This document shows positions 27,410 to 43,159 of a DNA stretch of 64,000 bases, piece after piece. Made by a program: the position numbers and the translations under genes. Under the pieces are notes generated by a model. It saw only the letters and a list, made by a program, of their open reading frames with translations. It was not told the origin of the DNA and made no database searches. The number at the start of each line of letters is the position of its first letter. The first letter of the stretch is position 1. Source of the DNA: the human T2T-CHM13v2.0 reference genome, Homo sapiens; NCBI RefSeq assembly GCF_009914755.1, contig NC_060935.1, one strand, 5' to 3'.

Positions 27410-27810
27410 AACATCACCCTGTTACTCTCCTGTGAGGGCTCCCATATCATTTAGGATAAAGGCCAAGGTGCCCAGTTTACTTTATTGGAAGCATTCTGAT
27501 CAATCTGCAGTTTCCCAAATACGCCATTCCATTTCATGCCTTATGCACGCCTTCCCTTCTCACCTTCCCAAACTCTTGCCTGTCTTCCAAAGTGCAGTCC
27601 AAGAGCTCTGCCTCAGACTTTCCTCACCTGCAGTGTGATTTCACACATCACTCTGAATGTTAATCAGTGAGTGGGTTTGTCGTTCTCCCCCACTAGCATT
27701 TAGCTGTGCCAGGACAAGGACCACATGGTATTCAACATTGCTTCCTCAGTGCCTGGTACTATGTCTGGCACTTGGCAGATGCTCAATAAATGTTGAATGA
27801 ATGATTGTTC
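27410..27810 (+). mobile_element. L2 3' end
   Basis: 'cagtgcctggtactatgtctggcacttggcagatgctcaataaatgttgaatgaatga'. Confidence 0.8.
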
Positions 27811-30800
27811 ATTTGTTCTACAATCCCCTTTCCCTCTCTTTTAATTTTGGGGAAGGTTCTGGCCACAGAGTCATGTCCTCCATCTCTTATTTAGCTCTGC
27901 TGCTACCTCTAGGTGCTGTCATGGCTGTAAGATAGGAATGATAACCTCTACCATGAAATGGAGCTCAAGAGAGGGACAGCAAAGTTTTCACAGAGGGTCT
28001 GGGCCCCAAGTTCCTGTCTTAAAGGGTAAGTAGGAGTTTGTAAGGTACATGAGGTAATAGGAAAGCATGTACAAAGACATAGCGATACAATACAGAATAT
28101 GAAAATATCAATTTTATCATTTACTGAGCACATATTTTATGATACTCTTGTTGGGTATTTATGTACAAAATCTGTAAGTCTGGCAACAGATTTACAGTGA
28201 CATAAAACCTTCCCAGGATTCCAAAGGGAATATCATTTAAACAACAAATTGTTGCTCAGAAAAACTCAGTGATATGCCCAAGGTCACACAGCTCTCAAGG
28301 GGCAGAGCTGGAATTCCAACCCTCTTAGCTATTTTCACCACTCAGGGTTGTAGATGTGTAATAGTTTGGAATTGCTTTGTGACTTATATTCATCATTATT
28401 AAAATATGTGTGTTTGACTCTACAAATGTCTATGTTTTCTGCCAAATGTAAATTTTGTGTTTGCTGAGCTCTCCTCTCAAAAAGTCACAAGGCATCATGA
28501 TTAAGACACTGGGCTCCACAGCCGGATAGTCCTGGTTCCAATCTCAGCTCTGTCACTTATTTCAGGTGTGGCCTGGGGTAGTGTTTTACAGACAGGGATG
28601 ACATGACCGACATTTGTTTGGCTATTCACAGTTGATGAACACATATAGTATTCACAGTGCTACCTGCAATTGAAGGTGCTGCATGCTGATTTAGACTCAA
28701 AAAAGTGGGCTTAAAATAGTTAAATTGGTTAAATGGCAAAACCCAAGCTGGGGATGTTGGAAAATTGTGTAATACAAGGCGAATCAAATGAGTTGTCCTC
28801 TCAAAGGAACTAGCTAGTGTGGAGGTTGTTCTCTGCCCTACAGGGCACACTGTGGTCTACAATCCCATGGAGTGTTACAGCATTGCATGATGTGAGGGCA
28901 GCGAGAGAACAAAAGGAGAAGGGACTTGAGGGGGGCCATGGTAGCTGCCCGGGCATTTAGCAGAAGGCATAATGGGACGAAGGCTTTCACAGAACAGAAG
29001 GGCCCACATGGAAAAGAAGTGGCAGACTCTGGAATGTACACACACTACAATATAGCAAATGGCCAGCACTGTATTTCTACTGGGACACTGTGCTTTGGCT
29101 TGATGTAACATCACATCACAACATTACATGACTTTTCAACTGTAAATAACATATTCATCTCTAATTTGAAGGACTTTTCCACTTAGGAACTCATTTTTAA
29201 TAATTTTCCATGTTACTTTAGAACAAACAAAACAAAGAAAGGAATAACAATGTGTATTGTCAATAAGTAACCAATAAATTTCAAGTAGGCCATCATGAAA
29301 AGAAATTGAATTTGGCTTTCAAATAATCTCTGAAAATGCCCACTCCTCAGACCACAGCCCCTTGTGGTACAATTTCAAAGGGATCTTTTAGCAGTATTGA
29401 ACAACAATACTAGCTGCAACTTATTGATGGCCATGTGTCCTTCCCAATTTCTTATCTCACTCTTTACAATAGTAAAACTTCCATTACTGTAGATAAAGGA
29501 ATGGAGTCTCATATATTTGAAATAATACCATATTATCCCCCGACTCTTAGGATAGAGCTTGGAGTCAGGCAGATCTTTGTTCATGTTCAGTTTTGCTGCA
29601 TACTAGCAAAGCTCTTCATGCCTCAGTTTCCTCTTTTGTAAAATAGGTATAATAATGCTTATCTCATAGGGCTGTTGCGAAGAGTCAAAGGGATAGCATG
29701 TGTAAGAGGCTTAGCACACAGCATGTAGATTTATTGGTAGGGCTCTACAGGTGGAAGCAAGCAAGGCGTGATAGCCTGTACTCACCTCCGCACTTCCGTT
29801 GCTCCCTTTCCAAAAGCGTGCTGAAGGTTTGGAATAGAGCCAGCCCTGTGTGTTTGGTGTGTGCATCAAACACAATTGTCTTTTTGATCATGCCCCAGCT
29901 GGGATGATTGCTTTCCAGAAAGGCAGAACTTTTCTTTATTCTCGTGTACCTGGCTGAAATCCCTTGCCACCTCCCTTTGGTTTGGAGAGTGCCCCCTTCT
30001 CTAGTTAACTGCATCTGTGTTACCGTGGGCTGGGAATTTGTGGTTACAGAGGGTCCCTCTGGCTGGCTGGCTGGTCGCCTGGAGAGGTGGTTTTGTTTTC
30101 AGTTGTTTGGAAGTTGTCAATACTGGCTACTTATCAGCATCAACGGATGAATGGCTAATATATGCCCATGATTGGTAAATCTTACCTTGAGAGATTCTGC
30201 TTCAGCAGCATCCAGAATTTGTATTTTGAGAAACCTTTACTCATTGATTTGGATGCACAGCCTGTTTGAAAGTCACTGAGAGATGCATCTGGTCCAAGAA
30301 GAATTCAGTGTGTCTATCAGATACCCTCTTCAGTGTGACTCTCAGAGGGCTTTTTTTAGTCCCACATGGTCCATCTGTAAATAGTGATTTTAATAGTGAT
30401 TGAACTTTTACATATGTTAGGCCATTGAACTCTCTCCACAACCCATAAGGCAGGCAATATTGTCTCCATTCTACAGATACAGAAACTAAGACCCAGAAAG
30501 ATGTTGTAATTTGCACAGCCGTTCAGCAAACCTAGCGTTCTTACATAGGTTTCCCTGACTCCAAGTCCAGGACTGGGCTCTTTCTCCTACAGTTCAGGGA
30601 GGTGAAACAGGTGAAACAAGATGTCTATTCATTTCCCTGAGGTCATGAGCTGAGTGAAGTTACCCCGAAAGTCATACTTTAAGGTGCCACAGTAGGGATG
30701 TTTTGATAAGTTCACATCAATGCCTTGTAAATCTGAGCAGGGTTTATGGAGGAGGTGATTTCTGGCAAGAGCTTTAAAAGGAGAACCCCATTTAAATTGG

Positions 30801-31264
30801 AGGTGAGGAGAGGGGTATGTGGTGCATGGGCATGAGGGGAAGTGGAATGAAAAAAGCCCCCAACACAAATGGCTAATGCTTTTGGGAAAGGGAATCCGAG
30901 ACTGCAAATAACCTTTGAGAAGGTGTCAGGGAACAAGCTTACCTTTGAAATCATTTGAACCGCCCCCATTCTTGAAACAGGAAGCCCTCAAAAAGTATTC
31001 AAATAACTTCTCTGCATTCTCTGGTTGATGGGCTTATGGAAATGACATCTCCTCCAGCAATCTGACTATTAGAGCAGAAAAAATGCAAAATCAAATAGAA
31101 TGATTGAATTGAATTCATCTCTGTTATATGTAGAGGGATTTCTCCCCTTGCTAAGTACACAAGTACTCAAGTACTAGTTAGATGGCAGGATATAATTAAA
31201 AGCTAATATTAACCTCTTTAAGAGAATCATCTCGATAACAAGAAAATTTAACCTAAGAGTTGAA

Positions 31265-31320
31265 TATATATATACATATATATAAACACACATGCATATA
31301 CATACACACACACACACACA

Positions 31321-31360
<40 letters not shown>
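31265..31360. repeat. Compound (TA)n/(CA)n microsatellite
   Basis: Seen directly. Confidence 0.95.
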
Positions 31361-31365
<5 letters not shown>

Positions 31366-31454
31366 GTCTTCAATGATATGGGGGGTAAAGTTATGAGATT
31401 TTTTAAAACAAGGTTTTAAAATATAATTTCTAAGATATTCAAACTGAAGTTTCT

Positions 31455-32610
31455 CAGTATATTCATCCATTTATTCATTTAGCAAACATTTCTGACTACC
31501 TGCTCTGTGTTCCAGACACTGGTTTAGTTATGGAGAAGAAAGACCATTCTTCTCTGCTCTTATTGAGTAGGAGAAGGCAGAAAAGTAAACAGAGATTTAT
31601 AAAACTGTGTGTTTATTTTGCTACAGTAGAGCTGTGCTTAGAGGCTAAGCTTGCACAGAGAAGAGAATTCAGTCTAGAAAGAGCTTTATAAAAGATCAAT
31701 ATAATTTAGCTAAGCAGATCAATTCCCGGTATGTGCAGTGCAGATAAAAGAGAGAATGGTGAAGTCAGTGTGTCATCAACAATACCAACAATTGCAACAG
31801 CAGTATCCACAACAACCAAACACAGCTCAGTATAAATGCATCTTTGAACTTTGAATATGATCATGGAGTGTGGTGAGATGAGATGGGGATGTGGGGCAGA
31901 GGTATGCTGTCAAGGCTGAGTTTGCTTGCCTCATAAACTTGGATTTCACCTTCAAGGTAATGGGGAGTCAGTGAAGATCCAGGAATGGACATTGTTTTTT
32001 GTTTTGTGTTTGTTTTAAGTACAAAAGTAATTTACTGGCTTCTATAGTGGATAAAGATACAGGGGTAACTGTAAGGGATCAGCTCAAGGATGAGAACTAA
32101 GGATTTGACATTGTGAGGACTCTCCGTCACTTGTCCCTCCCCTTCTCTCTGAATGTCAGCCTTAGCCTCTTCTATTGCACACAGCCTTTCTCACATGGCA
32201 GAAGACATGATAAAGAGTTTATTTTCTCAGCATCTGTGGCACACTTCTAGAGAAAGACTTTGGTTGGCCTTTTTGGCCAGTCATTCTTGCCAGTGATGGA
32301 AGATACTTGACAAACTGGGTATTAAAAAGCTCATGTCAAAGGCTAGATTGGAGGGCGTCAAGAACAGAGGCAGGCAAGAGAGAGGTGATGAGTCCTGAAT
32401 TGATGCAGTGACAAAGGGAATGGTGAAGAGGGGTGGGGTCAAGGATATGAAGGAGGCAGAAGTCATAGAACTTGGAGATTGCATGAAGGGGAGAGGGGAG
32501 GGAATGAGGGGTGTGAGGAGTATGATGTTGCCTCAGTTTCCTACTTGATCAACTGGGTAAATGGTTGTCCTATTCACTGAGGTATGGGAGAGAAGCAATT
32601 TACAATGGGA
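31455..32610 (-). mobile_element. L2 (antisense) with nested fragments
   Basis: 'attcatccatttattcatttagcaaacatttctga' tail and 'caactgggtaaatggttgtcctattcactgag'. Confidence 0.65.
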
Positions 32611-35268
32611 AAGAAAAAATTCATCCTTTCTATTTTACTTCTTATTATTGTTTAAATATTTTTCTCTGATTTTTCAAAGGCAATAATTTTCACCTTTGAT
32701 TTAAAAACCCGTAATCAAATTAAAACTTCATTTGTATTATCTGAAATGGGTGAAATCTTACTAATGTGACTTTCATTAGCAGATGAACAGATGTAGCTAC
32801 CTTTCAGTAATTAGGCTGGGAAAGGTAGCTGGGAGAATTTCAAGAGAAGAAGGTTATGTAATGTCTAATAAGATAGGCTAGGAATGGTTGGGGTCCATCC
32901 CCTGATGTCTATGGGCAAAAATGGTTTGCACTAAAACTAAAGAGGTAGATCTCTTCACAAGTTTTTTTTTTTTCCAGAAATTTCGTATGTTTGTAAGCTT
33001 ACTAAATATATTTAGTAACTGTATTTACTTTTGCTTTTGCTTATAAATCAACATAATTCAGATCTTTTACTAATTCAAGCTGTCTCTTCTAGTAGTTTGA
33101 GCTAGTAGGATTTATTGGATTCTGACATGAGACATTGAACAACAACATTTTATGAACATATTGTATCTTTGTACATCATCTTTCTTCTGCCTCAAATGTT
33201 CTTTACCATATTTCATGCTGGGAAGCTTCTAACTTATCCTAAAGACTGAATTCAAATGTCACCTTTCCCCTGTGATGATATACACTAGACAAAATTAATC
33301 ACTTTTTCCCTAAGCTTTACCAAGTGGTAGCCCAGTGGTTAAGAACATGGAGTTTGGCTTGACTTGTGTTCATATCCACTTCCGTGAAACATTAGGCAAA
33401 TTACTTAACCTCTCTAAGCCTCAGTTTGCTTACTGTGCAATGGGATTAATACAGTACTTTTTAAGGTTATTGTGAAAACTGAATGATATGATGGATATGA
33501 AATGCTTAGCACAACGTCTGGCGGACAGAAAATGCTCAATAAATGAGGAAAGAGGAAACTAATGAAATGATAAACATATGCTAAAAGAATGGCCCAAAAT
33601 GAAAGGCATCTACCTGCTCTGTTTGGTTGCTGGATGGTTACTATAATATTTGACAATGGAAATCCTGACATTCAGATGAATGTCTTCACATTTATTGAGC
33701 GTTTGAAGTCTCAAGGGAGGTACTGTTTCTCAGTACTGTACTTTTTCTTATCTTAATGTGATGATAATTCCCCTTTCCAAATAATCAAAGTATCTCGTAT
33801 ACCCCATAAGTATACACACCTATATATCCACAAAAATAAAAGAGAAAGAACAAAAGATTAAAGTACTTCCTGGATTGTGCTGATACAGAGATCCCATGCC
33901 CCTACCTTCAGAGTATATTTGAGGCTTGGCTTAGCTCATCCTAGTACCCTACCAGAATGGGCACAGGATCCAAGCTAGGCCAGCCAGAGTCCATTCCTGG
34001 AATCTTATATGCAGACGCTGGGCAAGAGAGGCTCTGTCTGCTAGGAGATGATCCACCTGTGTCACTTCTCACTGCTGCATGGAGGAAAGCAACCTGCAGT
34101 GGGCCAAAATGAGGTCGACACACAGAAAAAAAACAGTCTTGACAATGTTTGAGTCCCTGAGGCCTAGTGTTACCTTGATCATCCTTGTTAGGTGATCTAT
34201 ACGTTCTTTTTTTTTTTCTTTTTGCTTAACATAGTTTGTGTCGGGCTTTTTGATTCAAGACTGTTGACTTGAATGAATTCTTTATGATCCCTGCCACCAC
34301 CCTTTGAGGGTGCTAAAAGAGGTAGCTATTGCTCCTCTCTTTTTTCAGATGTAAAACTCGGGTGCAGAGAGGCTGCATGATCCATACAAGGATACGCAGC
34401 TAAGTGGCAAAACTGGAGTCCAAATTCAGATCTGTTTGATTTTAAAACCTTTGCTGCCTTGATTGATTCTGTTGACAAGTGGCTCTGATACCTGCCTGGG
34501 GCCTTGATCTTCCTAAATGCCAATCTGTGTGGCTGGGGAGGTGCTGTTTCTTTCCCGGGTAGCTGGTCACTCTGTCCTCCTAGATTCAAGGGTTAGAGCA
34601 CATTTGTATAGTCAGCTCCTATTTTTGTCTATCTCTACAGTATTTGTAGATTTTTATATTTAAATTATTCCTCACTCCCTTTCTAAGCAACTCAGGAACC
34701 GTGAAGAGCCTCCTTGCCAGGCTGCCTCTGACCCGCCCTGCGTTGGGTCCGTTAATCTCCCAGACTGCGAGGGAGGATGTGACTGCTCTAGACAGCATTC
34801 CTTAAGAGACAGTAAAGACAGGCAGAAGGACATGACTGGAATTTAAACTGCAGTGGCCCGCTCAGGGCAGGAGGGTTTGGTCTAGGAGGAAAAGCAAGCT
34901 GGCAGCTTTATTTAGTTTATTGATTCATTATATACAGAGTTATATGTAATGGCCTGATTTGATAACTCATGAGATAAGAATGTTCATTGCCAACTATAGG
35001 AGAAATTCTAGGAACAGAAAAGAAGAGATCTAAGCATAGTGTGTGTATTTGCCTACATGTATGTTTCATATTCTTATTAATGATTTAAATTACACACAAC
35101 TGTGTTTATAGGTATATCTTTACCTATTATAATTTTCTACTATTTTCCTTATCCATTGTGAAGCCTACAAATTAAAATAGTTTTCTTTAGGATTTATACT
35201 CCTAAAATAGTTTTTCAAATATTAACAATGAGCTAGAATTCTACTCTCAATAGAATCATAAGGGGTTC

Positions 35269-35856
35269 CCTTTTTGCAGTCTTCGGTCTTGCTCTGGAGT
35301 CTAAAACGTCATGGGCAGATTCTTCTCTGGCCTAAAACTCTGTCTTTCATGTTGCATTATCTAATCTCTTTGGCTTTTGGAGGTACCACATATTACTTTA
35401 TACTGTGGAAAACACTTTAACTTTCTGTGTGTGATAATTGGTGAATCACTGGAAGGAGCTGTGGTTTTAGAGGTGGCTGGCAACAATTGTTTACAGTAAA
35501 TGGTTATTACTGCATGGGACTACTTGTTTCTTTATGTGCTTAGATTTTAAAAGGTGCAGTTTAAACACTTAAAAATGTCTTTATAACAAAGTGCACTACA
35601 AAAGCATTGCAGGACCTGTTCTCATGGCATTTCGCTCTTTTTGGGAACCTGAGATTCAGTGTAAAGGTGGACTCTTTAATTTTTAAAGATCTAGATACTC
35701 TAGATACTTTGCCTTTCAACTGTACCTGCTTTTCATATATTTAAATTATTAGGCCCTAAAAACTACAAATGTTTTGTTGGCCCTTTTCCTTATTGGGCTC
35801 TGCCCTGAACTCAATGGTCCAGTTAAAAAACAGAGACTAAATTAATTAATAAATTA
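35269..35856 (+). mobile_element. ERV1 (MER4-group-like) internal fragment without LTRs, flanked by an 11-bp TSD
   Basis: 'ctctttggcttttggaggtacca', 'ggttttagaggtggctg' and 'attaggccctaaaaactacaaatg' recalled as MER4-group internal; ataaggggttc at 35258-35268 and 35857-35867. Confidence 0.65.
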
Positions 35857-38415
35857 ATAAGGGGTTCTATGTCTGCTTATCCATCTTCATGTATAGGTTG
35901 TATGGATTGTAATATTGGGCAGGGCCTCTTTATTTCAACTATTATGCTTTTAAGGCTCCTCACTCCCTTCTCTGAACTAACACCTATTCCATCTTGGTCT
36001 CATATGCTTCAGGAGTTTTCAGATTTTTGGCACCAACATCTCTACTTTCTGATATATAATGCACTTACAATTTTTTGTTCAATGTTGTCTTTCTGGCTAG
36101 ATTGCAAACTCTATGCATCCCCTGAAACAGGGTTTTGCACATTTGGGTTTAACAGATACTTGTTGAAAGAAGCAATGAGCTATAACCTCCTATATCATGT
36201 CTTCAAAGTCACTCAGGTCATTTGGGCTTATTGGGAAGTGGGAAATGGGGCACAAGTGGCCTCCCATTTCCTCCACCATGGTAGGCTTCAATCATGCCCC
36301 TCGTGTGGTGAGCCGAACTCCTGATAGGAGTAGAAGGAATTGTAAACCGGTGCATATCTGGACTTCTAGTGTCCACCCTCTTGTATTGTGGTTATAGTTG
36401 TGATATCTGCTTCCTCCATTGAACTGCAAGCTTCTAAGTTTTGAGGGATAAGGTCTTATTCATTGCCCAGTGTCTTTATTGGCAACTAGTTATTACTAAA
36501 ATTGCTAATATTTGTTGAGTGCTGACTATGTACCACATATTGTAGTAAGCATATTCCATATAATTTGTTATTCCTCACAACATCATATGAGGTAAGCATT
36601 ATTACTATATCCATTTAAAGATGAGAAAACTGGAAGTAACAGGGATTTTAAGTACCTGTTAAAGAACATGCCTATAAGACCATAAATGATAAGGCAGGGA
36701 TTCAAATTCAGGCTGTACAGCTCCAAAGACCACATCCTTAAACAATACTACCTCTCATTGTACGTTTTGATTAAATTCAGTTTGAGGTTAACAAGTAAGC
36801 CCTGTCTGAGATCTCAAGAGAAATAAATGCAAGTCATTTGAGACAAGGTAAGGGAGTTAGACAAGCGCACCCAGAGACAAGCCAAGTAGGCATATGTCAT
36901 TTCGCCTTAGAATGCAGGCCTCCGGAAGGGTGAAGAGGAAGGTGCCAAGATCCTCCTTGATGCACGTGTTTAAACTCAAGTAGGGTGCCCTTTTGCTGGG
37001 GAAGCAATGAGTACCTAGTAGATGGTAGTGGTGGTTGGGTGACAGTCCTATGTCACATGAAGCCAGTTTATCATAATGCTTAACAGCAGGTGTTGTAAAG
37101 GCAGACAGCTTGGCTTAGCATGTTGCCTGACACATGATAAATGCTCAATGCATGACAGCTATCCATTACTACCATTTGAGAGTATTTCAAGTATTCAGAG
37201 CAAACACTCTGAATGTCCATGAAGATCAGGACACTAGTGCTTATGCATTCTCATGGAGCTGAAGTTCTACAGAGGCAGGAGCCCAACCAGAAGAGTGGTT
37301 TTGTCTCAGAGCTAACTGCTCCCCACAACCTAGGACGTATAGTTGCCACGCTTGTGGAAATATCTGGACTCCAAAAAAGAGGAGTGTAGCCTGCACAGCA
37401 CTGAATCCTTCCCATACTGCTTGTGGCCATTTCTGTGAAGAAGTTATGTCTGTTTTCATTTCTCCTATCCATTAACTCACACAAGGCATTTTCCAGTTAA
37501 TTGAATTCACTAGAAGACTGCCTTCTGTGATTAGGTGTCCTGCAGCCTGAGCTGAGAGGAAGAAGGGAACAGGCAGGGAGGCAAACATCTTGGTGAGTGC
37601 GATTCAATCTGCTGCTAAATTTAATCTGTACATTTCTGGTTTCTGTTCTCATTCACCACCTGCAGTGATATGTTTAAAATGCTCCTGACACATCAGCAAG
37701 GTGGGCAGTGTGCCAAGACCACGGCTGTCCATTTTCACTTCATTTTATATATATCCCTAGTAAATATCAGGTAGCATTTTTCCTCTTCTCTCCACACTTG
37801 CAATTCCACACTGGACTGCAGTATCTGCCCCAAATTCATCTCTGAAATAGGTTTTAATGACATCAGCCCTCCTCAAATTTTCCTCTGTCCAGAAGAAAAT
37901 TGGTAGACCTAGGAGCTCTTAGTTTTGGAGCTATCATTTCACATTATATCAAACACATTCATACATCTAAATCTTGCACGATAGAAAATTAATTTAAAAT
38001 TTCACCCAGTAAGCTGTAGTCAAGTCAAAGATTTATAGACATATAATTAAGCCTGTATTAATTTTCAGTTTTCTTTTTATATTCTGTGGTCAATATTTTT
38101 CATTGTCAGGCTTTACTTCTGTTTTGTAGGCGTCTGAAAAGCTCATAGACCCTAGGCCCGGTATCCATAGTGGCTGACAGATTACATTTGTCATTCATAG
38201 AGCACAATGGGGGCTAAAAAGATCTAGGTGTTTTTATCATCTGCCCACCATGATGAAATTTCCTAAAGTGGAAGCAAAAAATACTGCTGTGTGACAGCTC
38301 AGAGCACAGGCTTTGGCATCAGTTTGGAGTCTATATAACCAGAGCCTCAGTTTCCACCTTTGTTAAAATTTGAATAATGATAGTACATGCTCATTATTGC
38401 TGCTTGATTAGTATC

Positions 38416-38972
38416 TGTGGTGGCTTGCAATGTGTTGACTTGGTGAAGTTGAAGTACATTTCCCAGAATTCTCTTCCTTCTATGTTTCTGGTTTGAGTGG
38501 GTGGACCACAGCAGGAGTTCCCATGGGAGATGTGCAAGGTGCAGGTGAAGCAGCAGCTGTTTTGTAGTTCACACACACTGTTGCCCGTCTGCTGGCTCAC
38601 CTGGTCAGTGGTGGGTAGGGACCAGGCCTGCAACAGTCCTCTGGATCCTTCTTCGGCTTCTCTTCTTTGGCTCCTGGGCCAGATGTGTATGTTTAGCTCC
38701 AGGAGGAAGTGTACTTGCTTCTGCGGGACACTCACACCACCAAGATCAGAATAAAAAGAAAACTGGCCATCCTCGTGGGTTCCAACTTAGTCTTGCTCTC
38801 CCCTGCTTTACATCCATCTTCCCTCCTTGACTTCCTCCTCTCAGGACTGCACAGGCCAGCATCAGATGTGATGATAATCAGCTCCCACAACTGTATAAGG
38901 TTAAATCCCTATAGCAAATCACTTTCTATATTTGCTGGGGTCTGTTTCTCTCACTAAGCCTCTACTGAAACG
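38416..38972 (+). mobile_element. ERVL solo LTR (LTR41-like)
   Basis: 'tgtggtggcttgcaatgtgttgacttgg...tacatttcccagaattc' start and 'ctcccacaactgtataaggttaaatccctata' end. Confidence 0.6.
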
Positions 38973-39689
38973 CTACCTACTCATCACTGTTGTTTAAATG
39001 AGATAAGGCTTGTACAGCGCATAGTTCAGGACCTGGTCTGGATTAAGTGATTGATAAACATCTCCATTACAATCCCAAAAGACAGACATTATTTGACTAA
39101 CACAAATCTAAGTCCAGCACCTAACACAGAGCCTGGCACATAGCAGATGCTCACTCAATAAACTTGTTGAATATTTTTTATCACAAGAGAGAAACAGAAC
39201 TATATGTGGCAATACATGGGAGTTGAGTGGGACGTGGTGAAATGAGTTGAGTTATAGGACATCTATATTTAAGAATATTATTTTGAAGAAATGCAATTTA
39301 TCATTTCAAATTTATAGGGCAGTCACCTAGGGCATCATCGTACACTCTAAATTTAAATAGTTGCTGAGCATGTTTATACATATATACATATATAACTCAG
39401 TTTATACAGTTAGATACTAACAAGTGTGTTCAAATACAAATAGATGTTTCTATGGTACCTGAAAATAAAACTAATCTCTTAAGGGGTTTGCACGTTCTGA
39501 CGAGTTTCTCTCATCTCCTTTCTCTGATCTGGTGTCCTCTTCATCCCGAATGAGGGTTCCTTTCCCCACATGGCTCTCTTGATACCAGAGAGTTCCACTT
39601 TCATCTTCTTCAGCTACCTGTATCATCTTGGCCCTTCCCTGGCTCTTGTCTTCACCCTAAATTGGGCCATCTCTGAAAGCTTACCTCCA

Positions 39690-40575
39690 ATTTTATAATA
39701 AACCACCCAAACCGCAATCATTTATTTTGCTCATAAATCTACAAGGTTTTCAGGATGCAGCAAGGACAACAGCAAGGATAAGGTCTCTGCCTCTGTGACA
39801 TCTGGGGCCTTGGCTGGGATCATTCAAATAACTGGGCCTAGGATAGTGGAGGGCTGTCCAGGCATCTCTTTCTTCTTATAGTCCCAGGACCTCTCTTTAT
39901 GGCCTCCCCACACATTATATCCAGCACTGGTGGCCTCAGAATAGCTGGACTTCTTATAAGGCTGCTCAGAGGTCTGGATGGAAGCTACAAGGCTTCTTTC
40001 CCATCCCCCAGGCTATGTAGCCCCAGATCATCATTTATATCATTTTATTGGAAAGGTAATCCTTATCCCCAGAGTAAGCTCAGATTCAAGTATATGGAAA
40101 TTACATACTTGAATATAATTTCGGTGGGGGAAATAGCAAAGAATCTGTGGCCCTCTTTAAGGGACTGGCTTACAGGATTGTGGAGGCTGAGAAGTCCCAT
40201 GACCTGCAAGTTGGAAGCTTGGGGAAACCCGTGTTGTAATTCAGTTTGACTCTGAAAACCTGAGAATCGGGAGCTGTTGGTGGAAATCTCAGTCTGAGGG
40301 CAAGGAGAACATGAGATGAGATGTCTCAGTGCAAACAGTGAGGCAGAAAAAAGGGATGAATTCCTCCTTCCTCTGCTTTTTGTTTTATTCAGGTCCTCAG
40401 TGGACTGAATAATGCTCATCTACATAGGGGAGGAAATCTACTTTACTGAGTCCACCAATGCAAATGTTACTCTCACCTGGAAACTCCCTCATACACACAC
40501 ACAGAAATAGCGTTTAACCCACTATCTGAGCATTTGGTGGCCCAGTCAAGTTCACATATAACATTAAATATCACA
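39690..40575 (-). mobile_element. MLT1 LTR (about 39690-40160) abutting an MLT2B-type LTR (about 40160-40575)
   Basis: 'ggtggcctcagaatagctggacttctta' and 'tggaggctgagaagtccca...ggcccagtcaagttcacatataacattaaatatcaca'. Confidence 0.75.
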
Positions 40576-40825
40576 TACATTATTTTTGATTCCTTTGGTC
40601 ACCAGCTCCTTTTCTCCCATCTGTCATTCTCTTATTTCAATGTGCTTATTCATGGAGACCTAGGGTCCTTTGATGTCTCTGTTTTGTTCCTCTCCTACCT
40701 TTATGTTCTCCCTGTTCCAGTCTGGACTTCCTGGTCTGGCATTTTGCCACTTTTTTTCTTATAATTTAAAAAATGATTTTTTATTTATAATTGGCATAAC
40801 TACATATTTATGGGGCACAGTGTGC

Positions 40826-42894
<2,069 letters not shown>

Positions 42895-43159
42895 ACTTTA
42901 CCACTCTTGAGTTTCCTTGTCCCTTTAACTTTCTGTCACAGCTTCTCAACAAAGTCTCAACCATAGCGGCATCCAAACAAGGTCTCAGCACTCCTTCACA
43001 GGGTGTTGAGAGTGCCAAGGAAATGCATGCATTGGTGACCTAGGGATCCCAGACCCTCCCTAGAACTACTCTTCAGCCCAGGATGCTCCGTCTCCAGTCT
43101 CCATAGCAGCAATCTCAGACCTTCCCCACTCTCTGACTCTAACCCTGGTGCCATCTAAT

